Shown here one piece after another: positions 51,618-61,628 of a stretch of DNA of 64,000 nt. Each line of letters opens with the position of its first letter. The stretch's first letter is position 1. Origin of the DNA: an uncultured Acidobacteriota bacterium (GTDB taxonomy: Bacteria; Acidobacteriota; Thermoanaerobaculia; UBA5066; DATFVB01); the NCBI GenBank assembly GCA_963813155.1, contig CAWEYG010000003.1:320001-384000 (forward strand). The letters are read 5' to 3'. The position numbers and the translations under genes were made by a program. The notes beneath the pieces were generated by a model that ran no database searches, was not told the DNA's origin, and was given only the letters and a program-made list of their open reading frames with translations.

Positions 51618-52605
51618 TCAGCGGGCGCTGTTCGCGGAATTCGACTGCCGGCCGTTCTCTTCCGATTCGTAGGCCGCGACGATCTTCTGCACGATCGGGT
51701 GCCGGACAACGTCCCGCTCGTTGAAGGTCACGAACCCGATCTCCGGAACGTCGGACAGGATTCGGCGTGCCTCGCGAAGACCGGAAGCCTTCCCCTGCGG
51801 CAGGTCGACCTGCGTGACGTCTCCCGTGATGACCGCCTTGGAGAAGAAGCCGATCCGCGTCAGAAACATCTTCATCTGTTCAGTCGTCGTGTTCTGGGCT
51901 TCGTCCAGGATGATGAAAGCGTCGTTGAGGGTGCGGCCTCGCATGAAGGCGATCGGAGCGACTTCGATCACTCCCCTCTCCAGCATCTTGCCGGTTTTCT
52001 CGTAACCGAGGATGTCGTAAAGGGCGTCGTACAGCGGCCGAAGGTACGGGATTGATCTTCTCGACGAGATCGCCCGGAAGGAAGCCGAGCCTCTCCCCGG
52101 CCTCGACCGCCGGGCGGCAGAGGACGATCCGCTTGATCTTTCGCTCGAGGAGAGCGGCCGCGGCCATCGCCACCGCGAGATACGTCTTTCCCGTGCCGGC
52201 CGGGCCGATCGCGAAAACGACGTCGTGCTCGGACACGGTTTTCAAGTATTCGCGCTGCTTCGCGTTTCGCGGCGCGACGACGGCCCGCAACGCGGGGCCG
52301 AGAAAGTCTCCCGAAAAGAATTCCGTGAGGGAAGCGGTCGGGTCCTGTTTCAGGACGGAAATCGCCGTCACGACGTCCGTTTTCTGCAGGGGGAATCCGC
52401 GCTGCAACAGCTCGGACAACTCCGCCAGCATGCGCTGCACGACCGGAACCTGAGGGCCGTCGCCGACGACCGAGATCTCGGTCCCCCGCGCCTTCAGTTT
52501 GACGCCGAAGGACTCCTCGATCGCGCGGAGATTCTCGTCGAGCCTGCCGAAAAGCGCCGAAATCCCGGCCTCCGGAATCGAGACGCTCTGTAAAATCTCC
52601 GAGAT
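51618..52605 (-). CDS. phoH: PhoH-like ATPase (frameshifted near 52050)
   Basis: [29 protein letters not shown] and DEAQN motifs. Start possibly ATC at 52605. Confidence 0.9.
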
Positions 52606-52719
52606 CGTTTCCCTCCCGGCGGAACCGTTCCCGCCAGCCGAAAGGCTACCACCCCCGCGGGAGGGGCGCAAATACGAGGGCCCGCCGAAGCGGGCCCCAA
52701 GATACTCGAAGGAAAAGAG

Positions 52720-53307
52720 TTACTTTGCGGCGGCCGCCAGGAAATGCCCGATCTCGTCGCCCGCCACGTTCTCGACCCGGCGACGCAACGAATCCGAGGC
52801 TTGCGCGAGAAGCTTGTGGTGCCCCGCCGCGACGACCCTGCCCGACCCGTCGACGACCTTGAAGTCGAAAACGACCGTTCCCGAACCGGCGGCTTCCCCG
52901 ATCCAGCCCCCCCAGGAGGCTCCCGCCGAGGGCGGCCGAAACTCCGTCACCTGTCCCATCAGCTTGTAGCTTCCGGAGGATTTCGACAGCTTGATCGACC
53001 CTCCCGAACGGTCCGCCGCGTTGTCGAAGATCGCGTCCTGCATGAAGCCCGGAAGCTCTTTCCAGGAAAGATCGCCCTTTTCCTTTTCCGGGCGCTCGCA
53101 TTTGACATCGAACTTCTCGACGTGAATCGTCTTTCCCGAGAGATCCGCGCTCGGAGCGAGGTACTCCTGGTCCAGATACTTTCCCTTGTGCGTGTCGACG
53201 CCCAAGAACTCCTTGTCGGGCCCCGGGCTGTCCTTGCCCCGCGCTCGAACGACGGCGGGCGCCGCGAGAATCGCCGCCAGAATCCAAAGAATCCCGATTT
53301 TGCGCAT
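52720..53307 (-). CDS. Exported hypothetical protein (DUF4410-like)
   Basis: GAGGAGG RBS, signal peptide, G.VTEF..S....GGWIG..AG pattern. Confidence 0.65.
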   Translation of the reverse strand: MRKIGILWILAAILAAPAVVRARGKDSPGPDKEFLGVDTHKGKYLDQEYLAPSADLSGKTIHVEKFDVKCERPEKEKGDLSWKELPGFMQDAIFDNAADRSGGSIKLSKSSGSYKLMGQVTEFRPPSAGASWGGWIGEAAGSGTVVFDFKVVDGSGRVVAAGHHKLLAQASDSLRRRVENVAGDEIGHFLAAAAK

Positions 53308-53338
53308 GTCGACCTCCTCAAAAAACTTCAAAACGACA

Positions 53339-55438
53339 TCACGAAAGATGGGCGGAGAATTTCTTTCCCTGCAGGGTGATCGTGAGCACGCGGGAATCGC
53401 CTCCCGCGAGGGTCGCGTTGATCGGCTGATAGCCTTTCACCGAAGAATCCGGCGTCGTCAGCCAGACCTTGACCGTGGACGAGCCCGGCGCGACTTTCAG
53501 GGTGTCGGCCAGCACTCCCCCGTTCTCTTTCCCAAAATCGAAATTCTTCCGATAGATGATCGCATCGTTGACCGCGATCATGAGATACCCCTTCGGAATG
53601 GGGCTCGTGAACGTCACTTTGATCGTCGCGGGCGTCGTCGCGGAGGCTGCCGGCGGACGGCTTCCCGCGGAGCTCGCCGCGGCCGGCGTGGTCGCCGTCT
53701 TGGCCTGAGCCTCCCCGACCCGGGCGAGTGACTCGGCTTTCTTCTTCTTCTCGCCCTTTCTCAGCTCCGCCTTCTTTTCGTCGGTCAGGCGCTTGCGGGT
53801 GTCTTCCGAGAGCTTCGTCGCTTCCTCGTTCTTCGGGTCGAGGTTCAGAGCCGCTTCCGACTCCTTCAGCGCCGTCTCGAAGTCCTTTCCGTCCAGGGCG
53901 GTCCTGCCGGCCTGCAGGTGCGACGCGATTTGAGCGGACTTTTCCTCGTCGGCTTTTTTCTGCTGCTCGTTGCGAATCGCTTCTTCCGACATCTGGCTGA
54001 ATTCGCGAGCGGCCTTGAGCGAGGGATCCCGCTGGAGGACGGATCGAAAGAGCGCGAGGCTTTCCGCATAGCGTCCCTTCGCGTACAGGTCCTTGCCCTG
54101 GGCGACCTCTTTCTGCAGATCGAGCTGTGCGCGGCTCGCTTCCTCGACGGCTTTCGGGGGCTCGCCGCCCGGGATCCGGGACTTCAGCACGAGCAGCGCC
54201 GCCCCGACGATCACGACCACCGCGGCGACGATTCCCCACCAGTACTTCGGATTGACGGCGCTCTTCCAGACCGTCGCCTGGCCCGCCGCGGGAGCTCCTT
54301 TCGCGGCCGGACCCGGGACCGGCGCAGCGACGGCGCCGGGAACCGCCGAGGTGGCGGAGCCCAGCACTTCGCGCGTCGATTCGCCCACCGGGGCGGGAGC
54401 GCGGACGCCGCCCGTCCCTTCCGCGACCGCAACCGTCCGGCCCGGGGCCGAGTCCTCGAGCGCGGGCGCGTCGAGACGCGTGGCCTCCTCGAGCCCTTCC
54501 AGCCCTTCGAGCTTCATCGTCGGCAGGTTTTCGGCGGACGACACCATCGTCCCGAGGTCCTGGAAGATCGCCTGCTCCTCGAATCGCGCTTTCGCCTGGT
54601 AGAGCGCGAGAGCGAAATCCTTCCCGCGCTGGTAGCGATTCCACGGATCCTTCGACAGCGCCTTTCCGAGGATCGAATCGAATTCCCCCGGAACGTTCTT
54701 CGAGATGTCGGCGAGCGGCGTGAAATTCTCGTGAACGATCTTGTACGAGATGGTCGTCAGGTTCTCGCCGGAGAAGGGCTTTCGGCGGGAGAGCATTTCG
54801 TAGAGGACGACGCCGAGCGAGAAGATGTCGCTGCGCCCGTCCACCGACGCCCCGGTGACCTGCTCCGGCGACATGTAGTTCGGCGTTCCGAGGAATTGAC
54901 CCGTCGTCGTCAGGTTCGACGAGGCGACCTTCGCGATCCCGAAATCCGTGATCTTCACCTTGCCGTCGGTCGTGATCATGATGTTCGCCGGCTTGATGTC
55001 GCGATGGATGATTCCCTTGCGGTGCGCGTAGTCGAGGGCCTCGGCGACCTGGCCGATGATGTCGGAGATCTGGTCGGGGGCGAACTGGGTCATCTCGACG
55101 AGGAGGGCCTTGATCGTCTTGCCCTCGATGTACTCCATCGCGATGAAGGAGACCCCCGTCTCTTTGTCCTCGCCGACGTCGTAGATCGTGACGATGTTCG
55201 GGTGAGACAGGATTCCGGCCGTTTGCGCCTCGCGCATGAAGCGCTCGCGGAACTCCCGGGACTCCGAATCGTCCTCGTCGCCCCCGGAGGCCCGGATCGT
55301 CTTGATCGCGACGAGGCGGCCGATCGAAGGGTCCTTCGCGAGGTACACCACCCCCATCGCGCCCTTGCCGAGCTCGCTCAAGATCTCGAACCGTCCCAGG
55401 CGGCTCAACTTCGGAATGCTGTCGGCGCGATCGCTCAT
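53339..55438 (-). CDS. Membrane Ser/Thr protein kinase with extracellular TPRs
   Basis: LGKGAMGVVY, VAIK, HRDIKPAN, TDFGIAK and GTPNYMSPEQ motifs, one TM segment. Confidence 0.95.
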   Translation of the reverse strand: MSDRADSIPKLSRLGRFEILSELGKGAMGVVYLAKDPSIGRLVAIKTIRASGGDEDDSESREFRERFMREAQTAGILSHPNIVTIYDVGEDKETGVSFIAMEYIEGKTIKALLVEMTQFAPDQISDIIGQVAEALDYAHRKGIIHRDIKPANIMITTDGKVKITDFGIAKVASSNLTTTGQFLGTPNYMSPEQVTGASVDGRSDIFSLGVVLYEMLSRRKPFSGENLTTISYKIVHENFTPLADISKNVPGEFDSILGKALSKDPWNRYQRGKDFALALYQAKARFEEQAIFQDLGTMVSSAENLPTMKLEGLEGLEEATRLDAPALEDSAPGRTVAVAEGTGGVRAPAPVGESTREVLGSATSAVPGAVAAPVPGPAAKGAPAAGQATVWKSAVNPKYWWGIVAAVVVIVGAALLVLKSRIPGGEPPKAVEEASRAQLDLQKEVAQGKDLYAKGRYAESLALFRSVLQRDPSLKAAREFSQMSEEAIRNEQQKKADEEKSAQIASHLQAGRTALDGKDFETALKESEAALNLDPKNEEATKLSEDTRKRLTDEKKAELRKGEKKKKAESLARVGEAQAKTATTPAAASSAGSRPPAASATTPATIKVTFTSPIPKGYLMIAVNDAIIYRKNFDFGKENGGVLADTLKVAPGSSTVKVWLTTPDSSVKGYQPINATLAGGDSRVLTITLQGKKFSAHLS

Positions 55439-55530
55439 TGTCTTCTTTCGGTAGAAAGCCCTCTCCGAGTGGCTAAATTCTAAGAGCGACCGGATCGAGT
55501 GTCAACGCGGGGAGACCGGCGGGCCCGGCT

Positions 55531-56601
55531 CTAGCCGATTTTCGGCGGTTTTCCCCGCCGCACGGCCCCTGCGCGCCGAGCCTCGAAGCGCTCCACGCCG
55601 TAACGCACGAGACGGTCGAGGAGCTCCGGCAGGGGAACTCCGGCATCGGCCCAGAGGCGCGGGTATTGCGAAATGGAGGTGAAGCCGGGAAGGGTGTTCA
55701 GCTCGTTCAGGACGAGCCCCCCCGATTTACGGTCCAGGAAGAAGTCGACCCTCGCGAGGCCCGAACAGCCGCACAGCAGGAACGCGCGCACGGCCGTCTT
55801 TCGCACTTCGAGCGCGATCGAGTCGTCGAGAGGAGCGGGCACGAGGAGTTGGGCTGCGTTCGAAAGGTACTTGTCCTCGTAGTCGTAGAACTCCCGGCCG
55901 GGGACGATCTCGGCGCATCCCGATGCCTCCGGCTCGTCGTTTCCCAGAATCGCCGTTTCGATCTCGCGGGCGTCGATGCCCTCTTCCACGAGAAGGGAGT
56001 CGTCGTAATCGAAGGCGAGAGCGACAGCCGCCGGAAGCTCGCTCCAATCCTTGACTCTGGTGATGCCGAGCGACGATCCGCCGTTGGACGGCTTCACGAA
56101 GACCGGGAGCGCAAATCTCCGGGCGACGGAGTCGGCGAGAGCCGCCGCCGACGCCGCCCACTCGGGCCTCGAGACGGCCAACGAGCGGACGACCGGTATT
56201 CCGGCTTCCCTCATCCTCGCCTTGAAAGCGATCTTGTTCATTCCCAGGGCCGACGCCGAGACCCCCGAGCCCACGTACGGCAACCCGATCGTTTCGAAGA
56301 AGCCCTGGAGCGTGCCGTCCTCTCCCGCCTCGCCGTGCACGATCGGGAACGCGGCGTCGACGCCGCGGAAGAACCGGCACGGGTCCTGGCTCTCCGCCGG
56401 CGGCGGCAGGGAATCGAAGCCCCGTTCGAGCAGGATTCGGGAATCCTCTTCGTTGCGAAACCGGCCGGCGGCGTCGATGCCGACGGGAACGGCAATCGCC
56501 GAGCCCGAGAGGCCCTCCAGGATTGCGCGGGCCGAGACGCGCGACACTTCGCGCTCGACCGACATGCCGCCGAAGACGACGGCGACCCGGCGCTTCACCA
56601 T
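55531..56601 (-). CDS. ddl: D-alanine--D-alanine ligase
   Basis: FGGMSVEREVS, HGEAGEDG, GGSSLG, YDYEDKY and NELNTLPGFT motifs. Confidence 0.95.
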   Translation of the reverse strand: MVKRRVAVVFGGMSVEREVSRVSARAILEGLSGSAIAVPVGIDAAGRFRNEEDSRILLERGFDSLPPPAESQDPCRFFRGVDAAFPIVHGEAGEDGTLQGFFETIGLPYVGSGVSASALGMNKIAFKARMREAGIPVVRSLAVSRPEWAASAAALADSVARRFALPVFVKPSNGGSSLGITRVKDWSELPAAVALAFDYDDSLLVEEGIDAREIETAILGNDEPEASGCAEIVPGREFYDYEDKYLSNAAQLLVPAPLDDSIALEVRKTAVRAFLLCGCSGLARVDFFLDRKSGGLVLNELNTLPGFTSISQYPRLWADAGVPLPELLDRLVRYGVERFEARRAGAVRRGKPPKIG

Positions 56602-58175
56602 TCGACGACGCGGACCCGCTCGATCGCTTCGGCGGTCTCGAGCGACGCGAGCGCCTTCGCCGGCGGGACCGTGTCCACGGTAAGGACCGAGGCGGCGCCG
56701 CCCGAGCCGTCCCCGCGCGAGAGAGTGAAGTCCGCGATGTTGACGCCCGCCGCGCCGAGAATCGTTCCCACGAGGCCGACGACGCCCGGCACGTCTTTGT
56801 TGAGGACGTAGAGGGCCACGCCGCGCGGACGGAATTCGAGGGATCGCCCGTCGATGGAAACGAGCCGCGGATCGCCCTTTCCGAAGATCGTTCCTTCTGC
56901 CGTGTGGACGCCCGTCCCCGATTTCAGGATCACGCGCAGAAGCGCCGCGTAGTCTCCCCTCTCTTCGTGGGAAGTCTCGGAGATCGACACGCCGCGATCG
57001 CGGGCGACGGCCCCGGCGTTGACGAGGTTGACGGTCTCGGGCGATACGCCCGAAAGAGCGCCCTTGACGGCCGCGAGCGCGACCGGCCGAAGGAATTCCG
57101 CCGGCAGGTTCCAGGCCTCGACGGAGACGGAGGAGAGAAGGCCGTCCGAAATGCAGCGCAGGAACCTCGCGGCTCGCTCCGAGAGGTCCATCCACCCGGC
57201 CGCCGCCCCCGCGTCCGACGGCTTGCGGAACGGAAGATTCACGGCGGGAACATAGGCGGCGCCGGACAGCGCCTCCCGCAGCGCCTCGACCGTCTGCGAC
57301 GCGACGCGCTCCTGGGCCTCCTGCGTCGAAGCGCCGAGGTGCGGCGTCGCGACGACGTTTTCCATGCGAAATATCGGGTCCGCAAAATCGGGGGGCTCGG
57401 GGTCGTACACGTCGATCGCGGCCCCGCCAAGACGGCCTGACGAGAGCGCGGAGTACAGCGCGTCGCGGTCCACGAGACTTCCCCTCGCCACGTTCACGAG
57501 AACGGCGCCCGGCTTCATCGACGCGAAGGCCTTCTCGTCCATCATCTTCTTCGCGGAGTCCGTCGCAGTCGCGTGGAGCGTGACGATGTCGGCCTCGCGG
57601 AGGAGCTGCTCGAAATCGACGAGAGCGGCGCCGAGCTCGCGGGCTTTCTCGGCGGGAAGAAACGGGTCGAACCCGATGACGCGGGCGCCGAAAGCGTTCG
57701 CCCGGGTCGCGACCCTCGAACCGACCTGGCCGAGCCCGACGATCCCGATCGTCTTGCCCTCCAGCTCCGTCCCGACGAATTTCGCCCGATCCCACTTGCC
57801 CTCCTTCAGGGAAGCGGCGGCGACGGTCACCCGGCGCAGCAGGGCGAAGAGGATCGCGAACGTGTGCTCGACGGCCGACACCACGTTGCCGGTCGGCGAG
57901 TTCAGGACGAGGACTCCCCGGCGCGTCGCGGCAGCCATCTCGATGTTGTCGACGCCGACACCGGCGCGGCCGATCACGGTCAGCTTCGGCGCGCGGGAAA
58001 GCAGGCCGGCGTCGACCTTCGTTCCGCTGCGCACGAGCAGCGCGTCGGCATCCTGGAGCGCCTCGAGCAGCTTCTCCCGCGGCCAGCCGACCGCGTCGAC
58101 GACGTCGTGGCCATCCTTTCGGAGCAGGTCGATTCCGGACGAAGAGATTTTCTCGGCGACGACGACCCGGCTCAC
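56595..58175 (-). CDS. serA: D-3-phosphoglycerate dehydrogenase (with ASB and ACT domains)
   Basis: GRAGVGVDN, GLGQVG and TPHLGAST.EAQ motifs, C-terminal D.PGVVG ACT domain. Confidence 0.95.
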   Translation of the reverse strand: MSRVVVAEKISSSGIDLLRKDGHDVVDAVGWPREKLLEALQDADALLVRSGTKVDAGLLSRAPKLTVIGRAGVGVDNIEMAAATRRGVLVLNSPTGNVVSAVEHTFAILFALLRRVTVAAASLKEGKWDRAKFVGTELEGKTIGIVGLGQVGSRVATRANAFGARVIGFDPFLPAEKARELGAALVDFEQLLREADIVTLHATATDSAKKMMDEKAFASMKPGAVLVNVARGSLVDRDALYSALSSGRLGGAAIDVYDPEPPDFADPIFRMENVVATPHLGASTQEAQERVASQTVEALREALSGAAYVPAVNLPFRKPSDAGAAAGWMDLSERAARFLRCISDGLLSSVSVEAWNLPAEFLRPVALAAVKGALSGVSPETVNLVNAGAVARDRGVSISETSHEERGDYAALLRVILKSGTGVHTAEGTIFGKGDPRLVSIDGRSLEFRPRGVALYVLNKDVPGVVGLVGTILGAAGVNIADFTLSRGDGSGGAASVLTVDTVPPAKALASLETAEAIERVRVVEW

Positions 58176-59275
58176 GCCCGGCACTCGGGCAGAACCCGGT
58201 CGATCTCGGCGAGCAGCGAGTCGAGCGATTCGAGGTCGACGTCGCCCATGTGGCTGATGCGGAACGTGTCGTTCTTGAGCTTTCCGTAGCCGCCCCCGAT
58301 CGTCCATCCGCCCGCGGACAGGGCGCTCTTGAGCTTCTCCGGCGAGAACCCCGCAGGCGGCCGCAGGCACGAAACGGTCGGCGAACGCTGCTCCGGCCGA
58401 GCCGCGAAGAATTCACAGCCCTTCGCGGAAGCCCACGACTCGACACGCGAACGCATCGCGCGGTGGCGCTCGAACCGCGCCGGGAGGGTCTCCTGCTCGA
58501 AGAACCCGAGCTGGACGTCGAGAGCGAAGAGGTGCGGAAGGGAGGGCGTCGTCGGGGTGTGGTGCTTCTTCGAAAATTCCTCGTACTCGGCGAACTTGAA
58601 ATAGTGCGACCGCACTCCCGCGGACCGCGACCGGTCGAGCAGGCGCCTCGAAACGGCCCCGACCGCGAGCCCCGGCGGAAGGGCGAGGGCCTTCTGCGAG
58701 CCCGCGAGGACGAGGTCGATGCCCCACGCGTCGGTCTCGACCGGAGCCCCCGCGAGGGACGTGACGGCATCCACGAGAAGGAACGCATCGGAGTTCTCGC
58801 GGACCGCCTTCGCGATCTCTCCGAGCGGGGAAATCACCCCGGTGGAGGTTTCGTTGTGAACGACGGTGACGGCATCGTATTTCTTCTTCCCGAGGGCTTC
58901 GCGCACCCGGTCCGGGTCCGCGGCCTCGCCCCACTCGAACGAGAGCTTGTCCGCCTCGAACCCGTTGTCGGTCGCGATCTTGTTCCACCGCTCGGAAAAC
59001 GCGCCGACCGTGACCGACAGCACGCGCGACGGATTCGCGTTCTGAAGGCCGGCCTCCATGAGGCCCGTCGCCGAGGACGTCGCGAGCAGCACGAAGTTTT
59101 TCGTGTCGAACACGGCGGGAATCCGCTTTTCGATCCGCTCCTGGAGGTCGGCGTACGACTTGCCGCGGTGCCCGATCATCGGCTTCGAAAGAGCCGCGAG
59201 AACTTCCGGCCGGACGTAGACCGGCCCGGGCAGGAAAAACTTGACGGTGCCGGCGAACGGCGGTTTTTCGCTCAT
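58172..59275 (-). CDS. Class V aminotransferase (serine-pyruvate/phosphoserine aminotransferase-like)
   Basis: PGPV, HNETSTG, VDAVTS and GSQKALALPPG motifs. Translationally coupled to serA. Confidence 0.9.
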   Translation of the reverse strand: MSEKPPFAGTVKFFLPGPVYVRPEVLAALSKPMIGHRGKSYADLQERIEKRIPAVFDTKNFVLLATSSATGLMEAGLQNANPSRVLSVTVGAFSERWNKIATDNGFEADKLSFEWGEAADPDRVREALGKKKYDAVTVVHNETSTGVISPLGEIAKAVRENSDAFLLVDAVTSLAGAPVETDAWGIDLVLAGSQKALALPPGLAVGAVSRRLLDRSRSAGVRSHYFKFAEYEEFSKKHHTPTTPSLPHLFALDVQLGFFEQETLPARFERHRAMRSRVESWASAKGCEFFAARPEQRSPTVSCLRPPAGFSPEKLKSALSAGGWTIGGGYGKLKNDTFRISHMGDVDLESLDSLLAEIDRVLPECRA

Positions 59276-59301
59276 GGCCGGATTCTTTCCCGCAGGCGGA
59301 G

Positions 59302-59985
59302 CTATGTCAATGAGCGGAGATGCCCGCGAGCGGAACGCGCCGAAAGGAGCGCGAGCGCGGCGGGCAGCTCCGAGAGGTCGTCGATCAGCAGATCCGCGCC
59401 GGCGGTCTCCAGGAACGCCCGCGATCGCGATCCCGAGGGCACGACGACCGCGCGGCAACCGCCGGCCCGCGCGAATTCCACGTCGACCTCCATGTCGCCG
59501 ACGCACACCGTCGCCTCGGGCGCCGCGCCGATCTCCGCCATCAGCGCCCGGAGCATCGAGGGATCGGGTTTCGGAGCGTGCGTCGCGTCGGGGCCGGCGA
59601 AGCCCCGGAAGTATGCGGCGACGTTTTTCGACTCGAGGATCAGCCGGGAGAACCGGAGCGGCTTGTTCGAGGCGAGGCACATCGAATACCCCTCCCGGGC
59701 CAGCCTCTCGAGCACCTCCGGCACGCCGGGCAGAAGCCGGGACTTCTCGATCGCGACTTCGGGGTAATACTCGCGAAAGAGGCGCACTCCCTCCGGAGCG
59801 TCCCCGGCCCCGACCGCCTGCTCCAGGAGCTTTTCCAGGCCGTGACCGACCATCTCACGGACGCGATCGCGGCCGGGAGGCACTTTCCCGAGCGCCTTCA
59901 CGGCGTGGGCGAGGGCTTCCTCGATCGCGTCGTAGCCGTCGATGAGAGTGCCGTCGAGATCGAACACGATCGCCCCGGGCTTCAT
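59302..59985 (-). CDS. HAD family hydrolase (phosphoglycolate phosphatase-like)
   Basis: FDLDGTL, SNK, KPDP and VGD..VD motifs. Confidence 0.9.
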   Translation of the reverse strand: MKPGAIVFDLDGTLIDGYDAIEEALAHAVKALGKVPPGRDRVREMVGHGLEKLLEQAVGAGDAPEGVRLFREYYPEVAIEKSRLLPGVPEVLERLAREGYSMCLASNKPLRFSRLILESKNVAAYFRGFAGPDATHAPKPDPSMLRALMAEIGAAPEATVCVGDMEVDVEFARAGGCRAVVVPSGSRSRAFLETAGADLLIDDLSELPAALALLSARSARGHLRSLT

Positions 59986-60430
59986 TCGATTCCGAGCCGC
60001 CGAAAAAGGCGCGCGACGAGGCCCTCGAGGTCGTCGCTGTAGTCCGTCCCGTCGAATTCCACTCCGAACCGGCGGGTTTTCCCCACGTGGATTCGCGTCA
60101 TCGGAAGGCGCTTGTACCCCTCGACGAGGACGACGTCGCAATCGGAAAAGTCTCGCCGGAGGATCGTCTCGAGGTCGTCGGCTTCGCGGCGACGCACCGT
60201 GGACTCCGTCGTCCGAACGAAGGCCGACGGCTCGGCCCCGGCCGCCCGGACCCTCGACGAGTCCTTTCCCGGCAAGTCGTCCTCGACGTCGTGGGGAGTG
60301 TGCTTCACCGCGCCGACGCGAAGGCCCCGATCCCGAAGCCTCGGCACGAGCTTTTCCAGGAGCGTCGTCTTGCCGGAATTGTGCTCGCCGGAAATCCCGA
60401 TCGCCGCCGGCCGCTCCTCCGGGTAGATCC
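59982..60430 (-). CDS. mobB: Molybdopterin-guanine dinucleotide biosynthesis protein B domain (apparently fused to the upstream NamZ)
   Basis: GEHNSGKTT, VKH, GKDS and DVVLVEGYK motifs. No independent start codon visible. Confidence 0.8.
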
Positions 60431-61570
60431 GGGTTTCGGGAGACGGATCGGCGACGCTTCGCTGCCGTTCGCAGTAGCGGCCCAGGGTCCGATGCCCTCC
60501 TCCAGGAGCTCGCGGAATTCCGGCGAGCCCGTCAGGAGATCGATCGCCGGCCGGCTCTCGAACTCGTAGGGCTGGTCCCTCCAGCGAAAATCGGACGGCG
60601 CCGAGAGCCGGCACGCCTCGAGGATTCGAAGCCCCGTTTCGAACGGCCGGTAGAGCTTCGCGTCGAGGACGTGCTGAAAGACGCCGTGGCAGATCTCTCC
60701 GGCGAACTTTTGAAACGTCGGAAGGAAGTGGACCGGCAGGAACCGCACTCCGGGAAGCCCGGCACCGTTCAGAGCGTCCGCGAGCCGGTCCGCGTCGAGA
60801 AACGGCGCGCCGACCTGCTCGAACGGCCGGGTCGTGCCGCGTCCTTCCGAGAGGTTCGTCGCCTCGACGAGGCAGGCGCCCGGGTAGACGCGGGCAGTGT
60901 CGACGGTGGGCATGTTCGGAGAAGGCGCGACCCACGCCGCTCCCGCGGGCCAGCCCGTCCCTCTGGCCCATCGGCTCATTCGGACGACGGAGAGGTCGAC
61001 GTCGAGCCCCTTCCGGTCACGGTAGAGCATCGCGATCTCGCCCGCCGTGAGGCCGTGCCGGACCGGCACCGGAAGAAGCCCCACGAACGAGCAGAGGTCC
61101 GGGCGCTGAGGCTCTCCCTCGCGGGCTCCGCCGAGGGGATTCGGCCGGTCGCACACGAGCACCCGGACTCCCGCCTTCGAACACGCTTCCATCGCGAGGC
61201 AGATCGTCCACACGAACGTGTAATAGCGGCTCCCGACGTCCTGGAGATCGCAGACGAGGACGTCGAGGCCCTCGAGGTCCGCGCGGGTCGGGGAGAGCGA
61301 GGCCGCGGTGCCGCCGTACAGCGAACGAACCGGAAGGCCGGTCTCGGAATGGACAGAATCCGAGACCTCCGCCATGTCCTGGGCTCCCCCGTCGATGCCG
61401 TGCTCCGGCCCGAACAACCGAACCAGGCGGACACCCGGGAGTTTCGCGAGACGCTTCCATCCCGGAACGAGGGAAGACGTGACGCCGGCCGGGTGGGAAA
61501 GCAGTCCGACGCGCAGCCCCTCGATCGGGGAGGGGTCGTCCAGGAGCCGGTCGATTCCGAATTGGAACAC
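60431..61570 (-). CDS. namZ: Exo-beta-N-acetylmuramidase NamZ (DUF1343)
   Basis: FGPEHG, DLQDVGSRYYTF, DRPNP, PSPNMP and SEGRGTTRPFE motifs. Frameshift near 60495. Confidence 0.9.
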
Positions 61571-61628
61571 GCGAGGGGGATTCTATGGCCGGTGAATCCT
61601 TTCGCGTATTTTTTCGTATTCTCCGCAC

